From assembly GCA_934155645.1 (NCBI GenBank), contig CAKPHC010000005.1:75819-139818 (forward strand): a stretch of DNA of 64,000 bases, given 5' to 3'. The notes beneath the pieces were generated by a model that ran no database searches, was not told the DNA's origin, and saw only the letters and a list, made by a program, of their open reading frames with translations. Positions within the stretch are counted from its first letter, which is position 1, and each line of letters opens with the position of its first letter. Source of the DNA: an uncultured Bacilli bacterium (GTDB lineage: Bacteria > Bacillota_I > Bacilli_A > RF39 > UBA660). The position numbers and the translations under genes are program-made. Shown here piece by piece: positions 49,654 to 62,039 of the stretch.

Positions 49654-52600
49654 ATGAATAAATATAAATTATTTTTAGAAAATTGCAATGTCATAGAAAG
49701 ATATTACAATTATTTGATTTCACTTACAAACAATCATAATTTTGTAGGTTCAACTAATGAGTGGATTATTGATAATTACTATATGGTTGCTGAAATAAAG
49801 GTTAATCTTAAAAAAAATCTAAAAGAAAATAAAAGATTAAAAGAAGTAATAAATCGTTCTGAGAACCAAGTTTATGATTTATTAAACAAAGCATGTTACA
49901 GTAAAAACTTTAATATTAGTTATGAAGATGTACTTAATGAAATTAAAGAATATCAAAACGTTGAGGAAAACTATCTTACTTACAATGAATTAGAAAGTAT
50001 TCCGGTTGCTTTATCTTTTATAATCATTGATAGGCTAGCAACACTTTGTAAGACAAAAAAGGAAAGTCAAACTGAAAAACAAAAGATAAGAGAATTGGTT
50101 AAATCATTGGGTGATAAAATTCATAATGGTGAAGTAATTAACTTAAGTGATTACATAACCTTTGATAAAGAAATAGGTGAGCATCCAGAAATTATAGAAC
50201 AACTGAATGATAGTTTAACTGAACTAGGAACCTCTTCAAATGAACTTTTTATTCAATTGGATAAGATGCTAGAAGAATACGATTTAAATTTGAAGGATTT
50301 AATAAATAAAGAACATATCGACAGTATTAAAAATAATATATTGATTGCAAACCTTTTTAATACACTTAGAACAATTTTAAAAATAGATGTTATTGATATA
50401 TTTGATAAATTAAGTAAAACTGAAAAAGTCCTTAAACAAGATTCATACTATAAAAGCATGACTAGCGAAACTAAAGGATTATATCGTAATTTAATTACTA
50501 AGAATTCTAAACATACAACTGAATACAAATATGCATGTTCTTTATTAGAAAAAAGCAGTATTAATGATACACATATTGGTTTTTACTTAATGAAACGATG
50601 TAATTATTCACTAAGAAGTAAACTATATATCATTTTCATTATAATATTTACATTGATAATCAGTGGATTACTATCACTAATCACACTAGATTACTGGTGG
50701 TTGTCGTTTATTTTATTATTAGTTCCAATAAGTGAAGTGGTAATACAATTATTAAACAAAATATTATTAAAAGTGTATCCCTGTCAACCATTACCAAAGA
50801 TTGATTTTTCAAAAGGTATAGATAAGAATAATGCGACGATGGTTGTTATTCCTACAATCGTAAAAGATAAAGCCAAAATAGATAATATGTTTCAATTATT
50901 AGAAAAATATTATCTAGCTAATAAATCAAATAATTTATATTTTACTTTATTAGGAGATTGTTCTGAATCTACAACTGAGAAAACAGCATTTGATGAAGAA
51001 ATATCAAATTATGGAATTAAAAAATCAGAAGAATTAAATGACAAGTATAACGCTAAACTTTTCTCTTTTGTTTACAGACGTCGAGTATTTAATCCTGGTG
51101 AAAATAAATTTTTAGGATATGAACGAAAAAGAGGAGCATTAATCCATTTCAACAAACTATTATTAGGTGAACTATCACTTAGTGAATATGAAAAATACAT
51201 ATATAAAGAGAATGTATGTGATATTAAAAGTGATATAAAATATGTTATAACAATAGATACCGATACCGAATTAGTCTTAAATACAGCTTTATCACTAGTT
51301 GGTACTATGGCACATCCTTTAAACAAACCAGTTTTAAATGAAAAAGGTACTAAGGTTATTGCCGGTTACGGAATAATTCAACCAAGAGTAAACGTTGATA
51401 TTGAGTCGACAAATAAATCAATATATTCACAATTAATGGCAGGAATAGGAGGATTTGATGTATATTCAACTATTGTTCCTAACTTTTATCAAGATGTATT
51501 TGGTGAAGGAAGTTTTGTTGGTAAAGGAATATATGATTTAAAAATATTTGATACAATACTATCTAATGCCTTTCCAGAAAATTTAATTTTAAGTCATGAC
51601 TTGTTAGAAGGCAATTATTTAAGATGTGGTTATGCATCAGATATTGAAGTAATAGATGATTTCCCATCCGAATTCTTAGTTGAAGCATCACGTCAACATC
51701 GTTGGACCAGGGGAGACGTGCAAATATCTGGTTGGTTAAAAAGAAAAGTAAAAGATAAAAAGGGTAGCAAAGTAAGCAACCCACTAAATTTAATAGAGAA
51801 ATTCAAAATATTTGATAATATTCGTAGAATTATGATAAATCCATGTATGCTTTTATTATTAATATTATCATTTATATGTGGAAGCTCATTTTGGACATTT
51901 ATCACAGTAATGATGATTATATCTTGGCCTATGCTTTTCTATCTTAAAGAATTGTTACATCGCCAAAATAGAAAACTATTTACTTTCAAATACTACAACA
52001 AATTAATGTTTGGTTTCTTTAGTATTTTGTATCGTATTTTAATAACATTTATTACTATTCCGTATTATAGTTATTTATACTTAGATGCATTTATAAGAGC
52101 CAATTATCGTATGCATATAAGTCATAAGAGACTATTGAATTGGTTAACAGCAGAAGATGCTGCTAAGACATTAAAGAAAGATTTGATAAGTTATATTAAA
52201 CAATTTTGGATGAACTATGTTACATCAGCCATTTTAATCATAACTTCCCTTATAGTTAGTCCTAAAACATCGTTTATAGCTCTAATAATATCAATTGGAT
52301 TTGTATCTGCACCTTTTATATTATGGAGCTTTAGCAAGAGAAAAGATATAGTTTTAATAGGTTTAAATGAACGTCAAAATAAAAGAATAAAGGATATGGC
52401 ATATCGTACATGGCTTTACTTTGAAGCATTTTTAAAAGAAGAAAACAATTATTTAATACCAGATAATTATCAATTAAATAGAGAAAATAAAGAAGATACT
52501 AAAACATCACCTACTGACATAGGTATGTCGATTACTTCTGTAATATCAGCAAGTGAACTAAACTTCATTGATGTTAAACATGCCCTATTTCTATTAAACA

Positions 52601-55600
52601 AAATTATCACTACTTTAGAAAAGTTAGAAAAATGGAATGGTCATTTATACAATTGGTACAATATTAAAACTTTGAATAAAATCGTTCCATATGTTGTATC
52701 TTCAGTTGATAGTGGTAATTTAGCCGCTTCATTAGTGGTAGCAAAAGAATATGCTTTAAAACATAACGATATTGATTTACATAATCGTATAAGTAATATG
52801 TTTGATGCTATGAACTTTAGCAAATTATATACTAAACAAGGTGTATTTAGTATTGCTTATAATACTACCGATGAAGAGTTATCAGTTTACAACTATAATA
52901 AATTCGCAAGTGAAAGTAGAATACTAAGCTTTGTAGCCATTATGAAGGGTGATGCACCAAGTAAGCATTGGCTTTGTTTAGATAAAACTCTTACAAAATA
53001 TAAAAAACATAAAGGTGTAGTATCATGGTCAGGAACATCATTTGAATACTTTATGCCATTAATATTTATGAAAACTTATCCTAATACATTGTTAGATGAA
53101 AGTTACTTCTTTGCCAAATTCTGCCAAAAAGAATATATGTCAGAAATAGATATGAGGATGCCATGGGGAATTTCAGAGTCAGCTTATGATGAATTAGATG
53201 ATGGATTAAATTATAAATATAAGGCTTTTGCAACTCCATACTTAAAAGTAATAGACGAAAAAGAAAATCGTCTAGTAATATCACCTTATGCATCTATTCT
53301 AGCAATCACTACCGACCCAATTGATGTGTATTTCAACTTGAAAAAGTTTAAAAAACTAAATATGTATGGTGAATATGGTTTCTACGAATCATACGACTAC
53401 ACAACAAGTAATCGTGTACTAGCATACTATGCACATCATCAAGGAATGATTTTAGCATCAATGACTAATTATTTAAAAAATAATGTAATTCAAGAGTATT
53501 TTCATTCCGATTTACGTACTCAAGCATTTGAAATCCTTTTAAAAGAAAAGGTTCAACTAAATCCAGTTATCGACATGAAAGTTGTTGGATACAAAAAATA
53601 TGATTACGAAAGAGAAAAAATTGCTAATGATATAAGAGAGTATAATTACATATCTGATATACCTCAATTATCTGTTTTATCTAATTCAAATTATACTTTA
53701 TTACTTAATGATCGAGGTAATGGATTCAGTAGATATAATACAACTCAATTAAATAGATACAGAAAAATAACAAAACAAAGTTATGGCACATATTTATATA
53801 TAAAAGATTTAAATAACAGTAAAATATGGTCAAATACTTTTGCACCAACTAATGTAAAACCGGATAAATACAATGTTGTATTTGCAACTGATAGAATCAA
53901 ATTTTTAAGAGTAGATGGTGGTATAGTAACTCAAAGTGAAATAATAGTTACTAAGGAACAACCAGCCGAAATAAGAAAAATAACGTTTAAAAATAATTCA
54001 TCAGAAACTAAGAAGTTAGAATTGACCACTTATACTGAAGTAATACTAGAAGAAAATATTGATGATATTACTCATCGTACCTTCAGAAATTTGTTTGTAA
54101 GTAGTAAATATGATTCTGAAAATGACGCGCTTATTTTATGTAGAAGAAACAATACTAAAAACCGTTCAAACTATATAGTTGGTAAATTATTAGTTCCAGG
54201 TATGAAAACTTCAATATCGTACGAAACCGAAAGAGATAAATTTATAGGTAGAGGACATAATGTATATGACCCGATTGCCCTTAACAGCAAATTGAGTAAT
54301 GAAACAGGAACTAATCTAGATTCTATATTATCTCTTAGAACAACAATAGAGTTATCACCTAAAGAAGAAAAAATCGTTTATTACGTGCAAGGATTTAGTA
54401 AGTCACTCGAAGGAATCAATGAAATACTAAAAGAATACTCTACGCCATCAAAAATAGAAAATAGTTTTGAATATACTACTTTGGCTAATAACATGAAGAT
54501 AAAACTTTTAGGATTAGATGGAAATAATATAAGAATTTACAATATTATGCTAAATTATCTATATCAAACTAGTAGGCACTTTGTTAATGATGAAAGAAAA
54601 ATACTACTTGCTCAAAACTCTTTAAATCAAAGTGGTTTATGGAAATTTGGTATTAGTGGTGATAGACCAATAATTTTAGTAGATATTCATAGTGGTAAAG
54701 CATTCAGATTAGCTAAAGATGCTATCAGAGCGTTCGAATATTTTAAAAGTATGGGGATATACATTGATTTAGTAATTATTAATAGTGAAACAGAAGAATA
54801 TAAACGAATCATAAAAAAAGAAGTTGAGCAAGAAATCTATCGAATGAATAAATTATTTGACTTTGGATATACTCCTGGTTCTGTTCATTTACTTGATGCA
54901 TCTGATTTAGAAAATAGCGAATTAGTTTTATTAAACATGGTAGCAAGATTAGTTTTTAACTCTTCAAATAATTCTTCATTAGAGGAAATGGTAAACAAAA
55001 TGCATCTCGAAAACAAAATGGTAGCGTTTTCAGATATTATTCGTGAAGATGTTACTGATTTTGAAGTAGATACAACTAAAATAGCAAGTTTTAATGGATA
55101 TGGAGGTTTCATAAAAGGTGGTAAGGAGTACATAATAACTAATCAAGATACTCCTACTCCGTGGTCTAATGTTATTGCAAACAAAAACTTTGGAACGATT
55201 TTAACCAATAATAGTTGTGGATTTACTTATTCATACAACAGTCAGATGTTTAAATTAACATCATGGACTAATGATATAGTAGTTAATGATAAGTCAGAAG
55301 GTATTTTAGTCAATGAAAAAGAGGTTCAAGTATCAATATGTAGACACGGTTTTGGATACTCAACATTTGAACAAGATGGTAAAGATTATAATTTAACAAC
55401 AACTCAGTTTGTAGCAAAGGAGGATTCAGCTAAGTTTTATCAAAACAAAATAACTAATATAAGTAATACTAAACAAAAATACAAATTAACTTTCTGGATT
55501 AATCCAACTCTAGGACCAAACGAAGAAAAGTCTAGCCGTTATTTACTATCCGAATATCATAAAGAATTCAATGCAATTGTAATTAGAAATGTTTATAATA

Positions 55601-57348
55601 TGAACTTTTCTGGTGTTTCCGTATTTATGAGTTCAACATTACCAATAGTAGATTATTCAATAGACAGAATTATAACTAAGTCTATAACCGTAGAAGTAGA
55701 GTTGGACCCTATGGAATCAAAAGAATTCTCATTTATACTAGGTACTGGTATAGGAATGAATTCAGTAAAAGAATTAATAGACAAATATAACAATAAAAAT
55801 ATTCTTACGGAATACAAAGAAGTCGTTGATTATTGGGATAACACTTTAAACATTATAAAAGTAAAGACTCCTGATAACAGTTTCAATTATATGATAAATG
55901 GTTGGTATTTATATCAAACTATAGCATCACGTATGTTTGCTAAAGCAGGGTTCTATCAAGTAGGTGGAGCATATGGTTTTAGAGATCAATTACAAGATGC
56001 GATGAATATTTGTGAAGTTAATAAAGATTTGGCAAAAGAACAGATTCTAAATAATGCTAGTCACCAATTTAGTGAAGGAGATGTACTACATTGGTGGCAC
56101 GAAATAAATAAATTTGGATTACGAAGCCGTTATATGGATGATTTCTTATGGCTAGTATATGCAACTAACAGATATATAAAAATAACTGGTGATATAAAAA
56201 TACTAGATGAAGAAGTACCTTTTGTAGAAGGTGAATTACTATTATCCAATGAAGAAGAAAAAGGAATAACATTTAATTATAGTAGTGAAAAGTATCCTTT
56301 AATTAATCATCTTGCTTTATCAATTAACCGTACTATTAAAAATACTGGTTCTAATGGATTGCCACTTATGGGTGGGGGTGATTGGAACGACGGAATGAAT
56401 AAAGTGGGTATTAATGGTAAAGGTACAAGCGTATGGTTAGGTTTCTTTGCATATATGGTAATACGTGATTATATAGAAATCTGTGATGAATATAAGATTA
56501 AAATCAATAAGAGTCTATATATTAATTATTTAGTAAAATTAAAAGAATCATTGAACAAATACGCATGGGATGGAGAATATTATTTAAGAGCATTTTTCGA
56601 TAACGGTAATAAACTTGGTTCTAAAGAGAACGAAGAATGTAGCATCGACTTAATATCTCAAAGTTTTGCAATCTTATCGGATGTTGTTCCTTTTGATAAA
56701 GTAGGTACAGTTATAAAATCTGTAGAAGATAATTTAGTTGACCATAGTCTTAAAATAATTAAATTATTAACTCCGCCATTTAAGAAGAGTAAAGATATCC
56801 CGGGATATATTATGGATTATCCAAAAGGAATAAGAGAAAACGGTGGACAGTATACGCATTCAACAGCATGGTATATTATGGCGTTGATAAAAACTGGTCA
56901 CATAGATAGAGCATACCAATACTATCAAATGATTAATCCAGTTAATAGAACTCTAAATAGTGACGCAGTTAACCAATATAAAATTGAACCATATGTAATA
57001 GCGGCTGATATATATAGTAATTATAGATATCCTGCGAGAGGCGGTTGGAGTTGGTATACAGGAAGTGCTGGTTGGTACTATCATGTCGGTCTAAAAGATA
57101 TAGTAGGTTTTATCAAAGAAGATAATTATCTAAGAATAGAACCTAATGTCCCAAGTAGTTGGAAATCATATGAAATAGAATATAAACATATTGATACGCT
57201 TTATAAAATAAAAGTTAATTTAAAAGAAAATAAAAATAGCATCATGGTAGATGGTGAGAAGATTAATTCAAATTCTATAAAATTGAAAAACGATAAACGT
57301 ATACACGCAGTAGTAATTAATTTGAAAGGTGGTAATGGAAATGATTAA
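49654..57348 (+). CDS. cyclic beta-1,2-glucan synthase-like giant membrane glycosyltransferase (GT2/GT84-like domain + central domain + C-terminal GH94-like domain)
   Basis: 2564 aa.
- TM helices at ~aa 320-370 and ~725-900.
- GT motifs YVITIDTDTEL (DxD) and QHRWTRGD (QxxRW).
- C-terminal (alpha/alpha)6 glucoamylase-like/GH94 motifs GGGDWNDGMN, GFRDQLQD, EGDVLHWWH.
- Architecture matches Cgs/NdvB/ChvB. Confidence 0.7.
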   Translation: MNKYKLFLENCNVIERYYNYLISLTNNHNFVGSTNEWIIDNYYMVAEIKVNLKKNLKENKRLKEVINRSENQVYDLLNKACYSKNFNISYEDVLNEIKEYQNVEENYLTYNELESIPVALSFIIIDRLATLCKTKKESQTEKQKIRELVKSLGDKIHNGEVINLSDYITFDKEIGEHPEIIEQLNDSLTELGTSSNELFIQLDKMLEEYDLNLKDLINKEHIDSIKNNILIANLFNTLRTILKIDVIDIFDKLSKTEKVLKQDSYYKSMTSETKGLYRNLITKNSKHTTEYKYACSLLEKSSINDTHIGFYLMKRCNYSLRSKLYIIFIIIFTLIISGLLSLITLDYWWLSFILLLVPISEVVIQLLNKILLKVYPCQPLPKIDFSKGIDKNNATMVVIPTIVKDKAKIDNMFQLLEKYYLANKSNNLYFTLLGDCSESTTEKTAFDEEISNYGIKKSEELNDKYNAKLFSFVYRRRVFNPGENKFLGYERKRGALIHFNKLLLGELSLSEYEKYIYKENVCDIKSDIKYVITIDTDTELVLNTALSLVGTMAHPLNKPVLNEKGTKVIAGYGIIQPRVNVDIESTNKSIYSQLMAGIGGFDVYSTIVPNFYQDVFGEGSFVGKGIYDLKIFDTILSNAFPENLILSHDLLEGNYLRCGYASDIEVIDDFPSEFLVEASRQHRWTRGDVQISGWLKRKVKDKKGSKVSNPLNLIEKFKIFDNIRRIMINPCMLLLLILSFICGSSFWTFITVMMIISWPMLFYLKELLHRQNRKLFTFKYYNKLMFGFFSILYRILITFITIPYYSYLYLDAFIRANYRMHISHKRLLNWLTAEDAAKTLKKDLISYIKQFWMNYVTSAILIITSLIVSPKTSFIALIISIGFVSAPFILWSFSKRKDIVLIGLNERQNKRIKDMAYRTWLYFEAFLKEENNYLIPDNYQLNRENKEDTKTSPTDIGMSITSVISASELNFIDVKHALFLLNKIITTLEKLEKWNGHLYNWYNIKTLNKIVPYVVSSVDSGNLAASLVVAKEYALKHNDIDLHNRISNMFDAMNFSKLYTKQGVFSIAYNTTDEELSVYNYNKFASESRILSFVAIMKGDAPSKHWLCLDKTLTKYKKHKGVVSWSGTSFEYFMPLIFMKTYPNTLLDESYFFAKFCQKEYMSEIDMRMPWGISESAYDELDDGLNYKYKAFATPYLKVIDEKENRLVISPYASILAITTDPIDVYFNLKKFKKLNMYGEYGFYESYDYTTSNRVLAYYAHHQGMILASMTNYLKNNVIQEYFHSDLRTQAFEILLKEKVQLNPVIDMKVVGYKKYDYEREKIANDIREYNYISDIPQLSVLSNSNYTLLLNDRGNGFSRYNTTQLNRYRKITKQSYGTYLYIKDLNNSKIWSNTFAPTNVKPDKYNVVFATDRIKFLRVDGGIVTQSEIIVTKEQPAEIRKITFKNNSSETKKLELTTYTEVILEENIDDITHRTFRNLFVSSKYDSENDALILCRRNNTKNRSNYIVGKLLVPGMKTSISYETERDKFIGRGHNVYDPIALNSKLSNETGTNLDSILSLRTTIELSPKEEKIVYYVQGFSKSLEGINEILKEYSTPSKIENSFEYTTLANNMKIKLLGLDGNNIRIYNIMLNYLYQTSRHFVNDERKILLAQNSLNQSGLWKFGISGDRPIILVDIHSGKAFRLAKDAIRAFEYFKSMGIYIDLVIINSETEEYKRIIKKEVEQEIYRMNKLFDFGYTPGSVHLLDASDLENSELVLLNMVARLVFNSSNNSSLEEMVNKMHLENKMVAFSDIIREDVTDFEVDTTKIASFNGYGGFIKGGKEYIITNQDTPTPWSNVIANKNFGTILTNNSCGFTYSYNSQMFKLTSWTNDIVVNDKSEGILVNEKEVQVSICRHGFGYSTFEQDGKDYNLTTTQFVAKEDSAKFYQNKITNISNTKQKYKLTFWINPTLGPNEEKSSRYLLSEYHKEFNAIVIRNVYNMNFSGVSVFMSSTLPIVDYSIDRIITKSITVEVELDPMESKEFSFILGTGIGMNSVKELIDKYNNKNILTEYKEVVDYWDNTLNIIKVKTPDNSFNYMINGWYLYQTIASRMFAKAGFYQVGGAYGFRDQLQDAMNICEVNKDLAKEQILNNASHQFSEGDVLHWWHEINKFGLRSRYMDDFLWLVYATNRYIKITGDIKILDEEVPFVEGELLLSNEEEKGITFNYSSEKYPLINHLALSINRTIKNTGSNGLPLMGGGDWNDGMNKVGINGKGTSVWLGFFAYMVIRDYIEICDEYKIKINKSLYINYLVKLKESLNKYAWDGEYYLRAFFDNGNKLGSKENEECSIDLISQSFAILSDVVPFDKVGTVIKSVEDNLVDHSLKIIKLLTPPFKKSKDIPGYIMDYPKGIRENGGQYTHSTAWYIMALIKTGHIDRAYQYYQMINPVNRTLNSDAVNQYKIEPYVIAADIYSNYRYPARGGWSWYTGSAGWYYHVGLKDIVGFIKEDNYLRIEPNVPSSWKSYEIEYKHIDTLYKIKVNLKENKNSIMVDGEKINSNSIKLKNDKRIHAVVINLKGGNGND

Positions 57349-58561
57349 GCAAGATTTTAATAAGTATACTGCTAAGTTTGTAAATGGGTCTGATATTAGT
57401 AAGTTTAATAAACAATCAAAAAAAATATTGAATACTTTTACAAATGGAGAATTATCTTATTGGAATGACATTAATAGCTATGTTAATAGAGATGAATTAA
57501 ATAGTATTTTAAATACAGCTAATTATATAAGAGAGAATTGTGATGTATTTGTTGTTATAGGAATCGGTGGTTCGTATATGGGTAGTAAGGCACTAATCGA
57601 AGCTTTACTACCTACCTTCAACCGAAAAAAACCAGAAATAATATATCTTGGGACTGATTTATCGTCAGATTATTACAAAGAGGTTATTGAGTATATTAAG
57701 GATAAAGAGGTAATAGTAAATGTTATTTCTAAATCGGGTAATACACTAGAACCAAATATTGCTTTTGAAATAATATCTTATATATTAGAAGGAAAATATA
57801 ATGATGATGAATTGAGTAGCAGAATTATCATTACTACTGACAAAAAGAAGGGGTCTTTAAGGAAGTTGGCAAATGAAAAGGGATATGTAACTTTCGAAGT
57901 ACCAGAAAAAATTGGGGGAAGATTCTCTGTGTTCACTCCAGTAGGGCTATTACCTCTAGCGGTTGCAGGTATTGATATATTACGTTTATTAGAAGGTTTT
58001 ATAGATGGAGAAAAATATATAGATACAGCATTAGAATATGCTATTATGCGTGAAGCACTTTTCAAAAAAAATAAGTATGTAGAAGCCTTTACTGTTTATA
58101 ATCCTAAATTATATTATTTTACTGAGTGGTTAAAACAATTATTTGCAGAAACCCAAGGGAAAAACGGTAAGGGTATATTACCAATATCAATTGTTAATAC
58201 AAGAGATTTGCACTCTATGGGACAATTTTTACAAGAAGGTCATGATATAGTTTTTGAAACAGTAATAGGAATTAAAAATGCTACTACTATTCAAATCATG
58301 AAATATGGCAAGTCATTAAATGAAATAAACAAAATAGCAGAAGAAAAAGTATGTGTTGCTCATTATAAAGACAAAACACCAAGCAATGTATTAGAAATCG
58401 AAGAATTAGATGAATACAATATGGGTGAATTAGTAAGATTCTTTATAACTGCAGCGATTTCAGGAGCTTTATTAATCGAAGTTAATCCATTTGACCAACC
58501 AGGTGTAGAAAAATACAAAGTTTTAGTTAATGAAGCACTAAAAAATGTATATATATTTTAA
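57341..58561 (+). CDS. pgi: glucose-6-phosphate isomerase (short bacterial/archaeal-type PGI)
   Basis: SIS motifs VVIGIGGSYMGSKA and ISKSGNTLE. The start ATG overlaps the cgs stop (ATGATTAA), with RBS AAAGGTGG. Confidence 0.85.
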   Translation: MIKQDFNKYTAKFVNGSDISKFNKQSKKILNTFTNGELSYWNDINSYVNRDELNSILNTANYIRENCDVFVVIGIGGSYMGSKALIEALLPTFNRKKPEIIYLGTDLSSDYYKEVIEYIKDKEVIVNVISKSGNTLEPNIAFEIISYILEGKYNDDELSSRIIITTDKKKGSLRKLANEKGYVTFEVPEKIGGRFSVFTPVGLLPLAVAGIDILRLLEGFIDGEKYIDTALEYAIMREALFKKNKYVEAFTVYNPKLYYFTEWLKQLFAETQGKNGKGILPISIVNTRDLHSMGQFLQEGHDIVFETVIGIKNATTIQIMKYGKSLNEINKIAEEKVCVAHYKDKTPSNVLEIEELDEYNMGELVRFFITAAISGALLIEVNPFDQPGVEKYKVLVNEALKNVYIF

Positions 58562-58565
58562 TTAG

Positions 58566-58598
58566 GACAGATTGATAATTATCTGTCTTTTTTTCTTG
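58566..58598 (+). terminator. rho-independent terminator
   Basis: GGACAGAT-TGATAATT-ATCTGTCTTTTTTT. Confidence 0.75.
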
Positions 58599-58630
58599 AA
58601 AAATGCTATAATTTTAATAGGAGGTATAAT

Positions 58631-59404
58631 ATGTGGATAGTTATAATAATAATTGCTATTTTGATTTCAATATCATCAGTTAAACAAATCAATGAATATG
58701 AAAGAGGAATAAAGTTTTCACGAGGAAAATTTAAAGAAATAATGCAACCGGGATGGAGAATGGTATTACCAATATTTGAATCATATAAAAAAGTTGATAT
58801 AAGAACTAAGGCTGTTGATGTTCCAGAACAAGATGCAATAACTAAGGATAATGTATCAATCAAGATTAATGCCGTAATTTATTACAAAATATTTGATGCA
58901 TCAAAAGCAATACTAGCGGTTGAAAACTATTATTATGCTGTAGGACAATTAGCTCAAACAACTATGCGTAATATAGTTGGTTCAGTATCATTAGATGAAC
59001 TTTTAAGTGAAAGAGAAAAGATATCAACTGAAATATGTAAGGTTATTGATGAAGCTACAGACCCATGGGGTGTTAAAGTTGAAAATGTGGAATTAAAGGA
59101 TGTATCATTACCTGAGGAAATGAAACGTGTAATAGCAAAAGTAGCAGAAGCAGAACGTGAAAAAATGGCTGTAATTACTAAAGCAGCAGGTGAAGTTGAA
59201 GCATCAGAAAACTTAGCAAAAGCAGCAAGAACAATGAGTGAGTCTGCTGGAGCTCTACACTTAAGAACATTAGCGACAATAAATGATATAAGTTCAGACC
59301 AATCAAATACAGTTATCTTTGCTGTACCAATCGAAGTATTAAGAGCATTCGAAGGTAATCCAGGATTAGCAAGAACAGTAGTAGACAAAGTAACTAAAAA
59401 GTAG
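58631..59404 (+). CDS. SPFH/band-7 (stomatin-like) membrane protein
   Basis: N-terminal TM, then the SPFH core (…YERGIKFSRGKF…VDIRTKAVDVPEQDAITKDNVSIKINAVIYYKI…) and a coiled-coil/Ala-rich C-terminus. Confidence 0.85.
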   Translation: MWIVIIIIAILISISSVKQINEYERGIKFSRGKFKEIMQPGWRMVLPIFESYKKVDIRTKAVDVPEQDAITKDNVSIKINAVIYYKIFDASKAILAVENYYYAVGQLAQTTMRNIVGSVSLDELLSEREKISTEICKVIDEATDPWGVKVENVELKDVSLPEEMKRVIAKVAEAEREKMAVITKAAGEVEASENLAKAARTMSESAGALHLRTLATINDISSDQSNTVIFAVPIEVLRAFEGNPGLARTVVDKVTKK

Positions 59405-59407
59405 ATT

Positions 59408-59440
59408 AACAATCCACAAGAGCTGTGGATTGTTTTTATT
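59408..59440 (+). terminator. rho-independent terminator
   Basis: AACAATCCACA-AGAGC-TGTGGATTGTTTTTATTT. Confidence 0.75.
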
Positions 59441-59480
59441 TGCAAAATAATGTATAATATATCCAGAAAGAGGAATTTGT

Positions 59481-60020
59481 ATGAAAAATAATAGAATAGG
59501 AGAAAGATACATAATCCACAGCTATAAGCATGATGGTAGTATTCACCGTGCGTGGGATGAAGCTGTATTGCTGGATGAATGTGATGATTACCTTGTGTTT
59601 GGTAATGACCGAACTAAAGTAATTGAATCTGATGGCCGTAGTTGGAAAACTAAAGAGCCAGCGATAATGTATTTTTTTAAAAATAACTGGTATAATGTAA
59701 TAGGCCAATATAAGAAAGATGGAATATATTATTATTGTAATATTGCTTCACCATTTGTAATTGATCAAAATACTATAAAGTACATTGATTATGATTTGGA
59801 TTTGCGCGTATTTCCGGACGGAGCCTTTAAAGTACTTGATAGAGGTGAATATAACTATCATAAGAATAAAATGAATTATCCTGAAAAGATTGATGTTATT
59901 TTAAAAGAGGAATTATCAAATTTAATTGAATTAGCAAGAGCTAAGAAAGGACCATTTGCAAAAGGGATGGTTGAATCATATTACAATATATATAAAAAAT
60001 GTAAAAGTGAGATTAAATAA
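59481..60020 (+). CDS. DUF402 (YgaC/FomD-like) nucleoside di/triphosphatase family protein
   Basis: …YYYCNIASPFVIDQNTIKYIDYDLDLRVFPDGAFKVLDRGEY… matches the DUF402 core. Confidence 0.65.
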   Translation: MKNNRIGERYIIHSYKHDGSIHRAWDEAVLLDECDDYLVFGNDRTKVIESDGRSWKTKEPAIMYFFKNNWYNVIGQYKKDGIYYYCNIASPFVIDQNTIKYIDYDLDLRVFPDGAFKVLDRGEYNYHKNKMNYPEKIDVILKEELSNLIELARAKKGPFAKGMVESYYNIYKKCKSEIK

Positions 60021-60094
60021 TAGGAAACTATTATTTTTTTTTACATATATTATAGTTAGAGAGCCAATAAAATAGTAGAAAAAGTACGAATTAT

Positions 60095-60365
60095 AAAAAA
60101 GTTAAAAAAAATTAAAATAATTGTTGACTTCTATAACTAACTCTGTTATTCTAATACATGTCGCTTGAGAAAACGTTGAAAGTGTCAAATATAACAAATA
60201 AAAAAAGTTAAAAAAGTTTAAAAAAGCTATTGACTTTACTGAGTATATTTGATAATCTTATATACGTTGACACAAAAAGTCGACAAAAGAAATGTGTCAA
60301 ACAAAAAAGTAAAAAAAATGTAAAAAAACTATTGACTTTACGAAGTATGTTTGATATATTAGTAA
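60095..60365 (+). promoter_or_regulatory. rRNA operon control region: three tandem TTGACT-17-(TATTCT/TAATCT/TATATT) promoters, each preceded by phased A-tract UP-like elements
   Basis: TTGACT at ~60124, 60230 and 60332. Upstream repeats aaaaaagttaaaaaagtttaaaaaag. An inverted repeat TTGACAC…GTCGAC…GTGTCAA lies between P2 and P3. Confidence 0.55.
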
Positions 60366-60465
60366 CGCAACTCAGAAATTGCAGTTATGATCTTTGAAAA
60401 CTGAGCAAAACGTCAATTTGAGTAGCTAGGAATTAATTAAATTAATCAAACTTAAAAAATAAATT

Positions 60466-62039
<1,574 letters not shown>

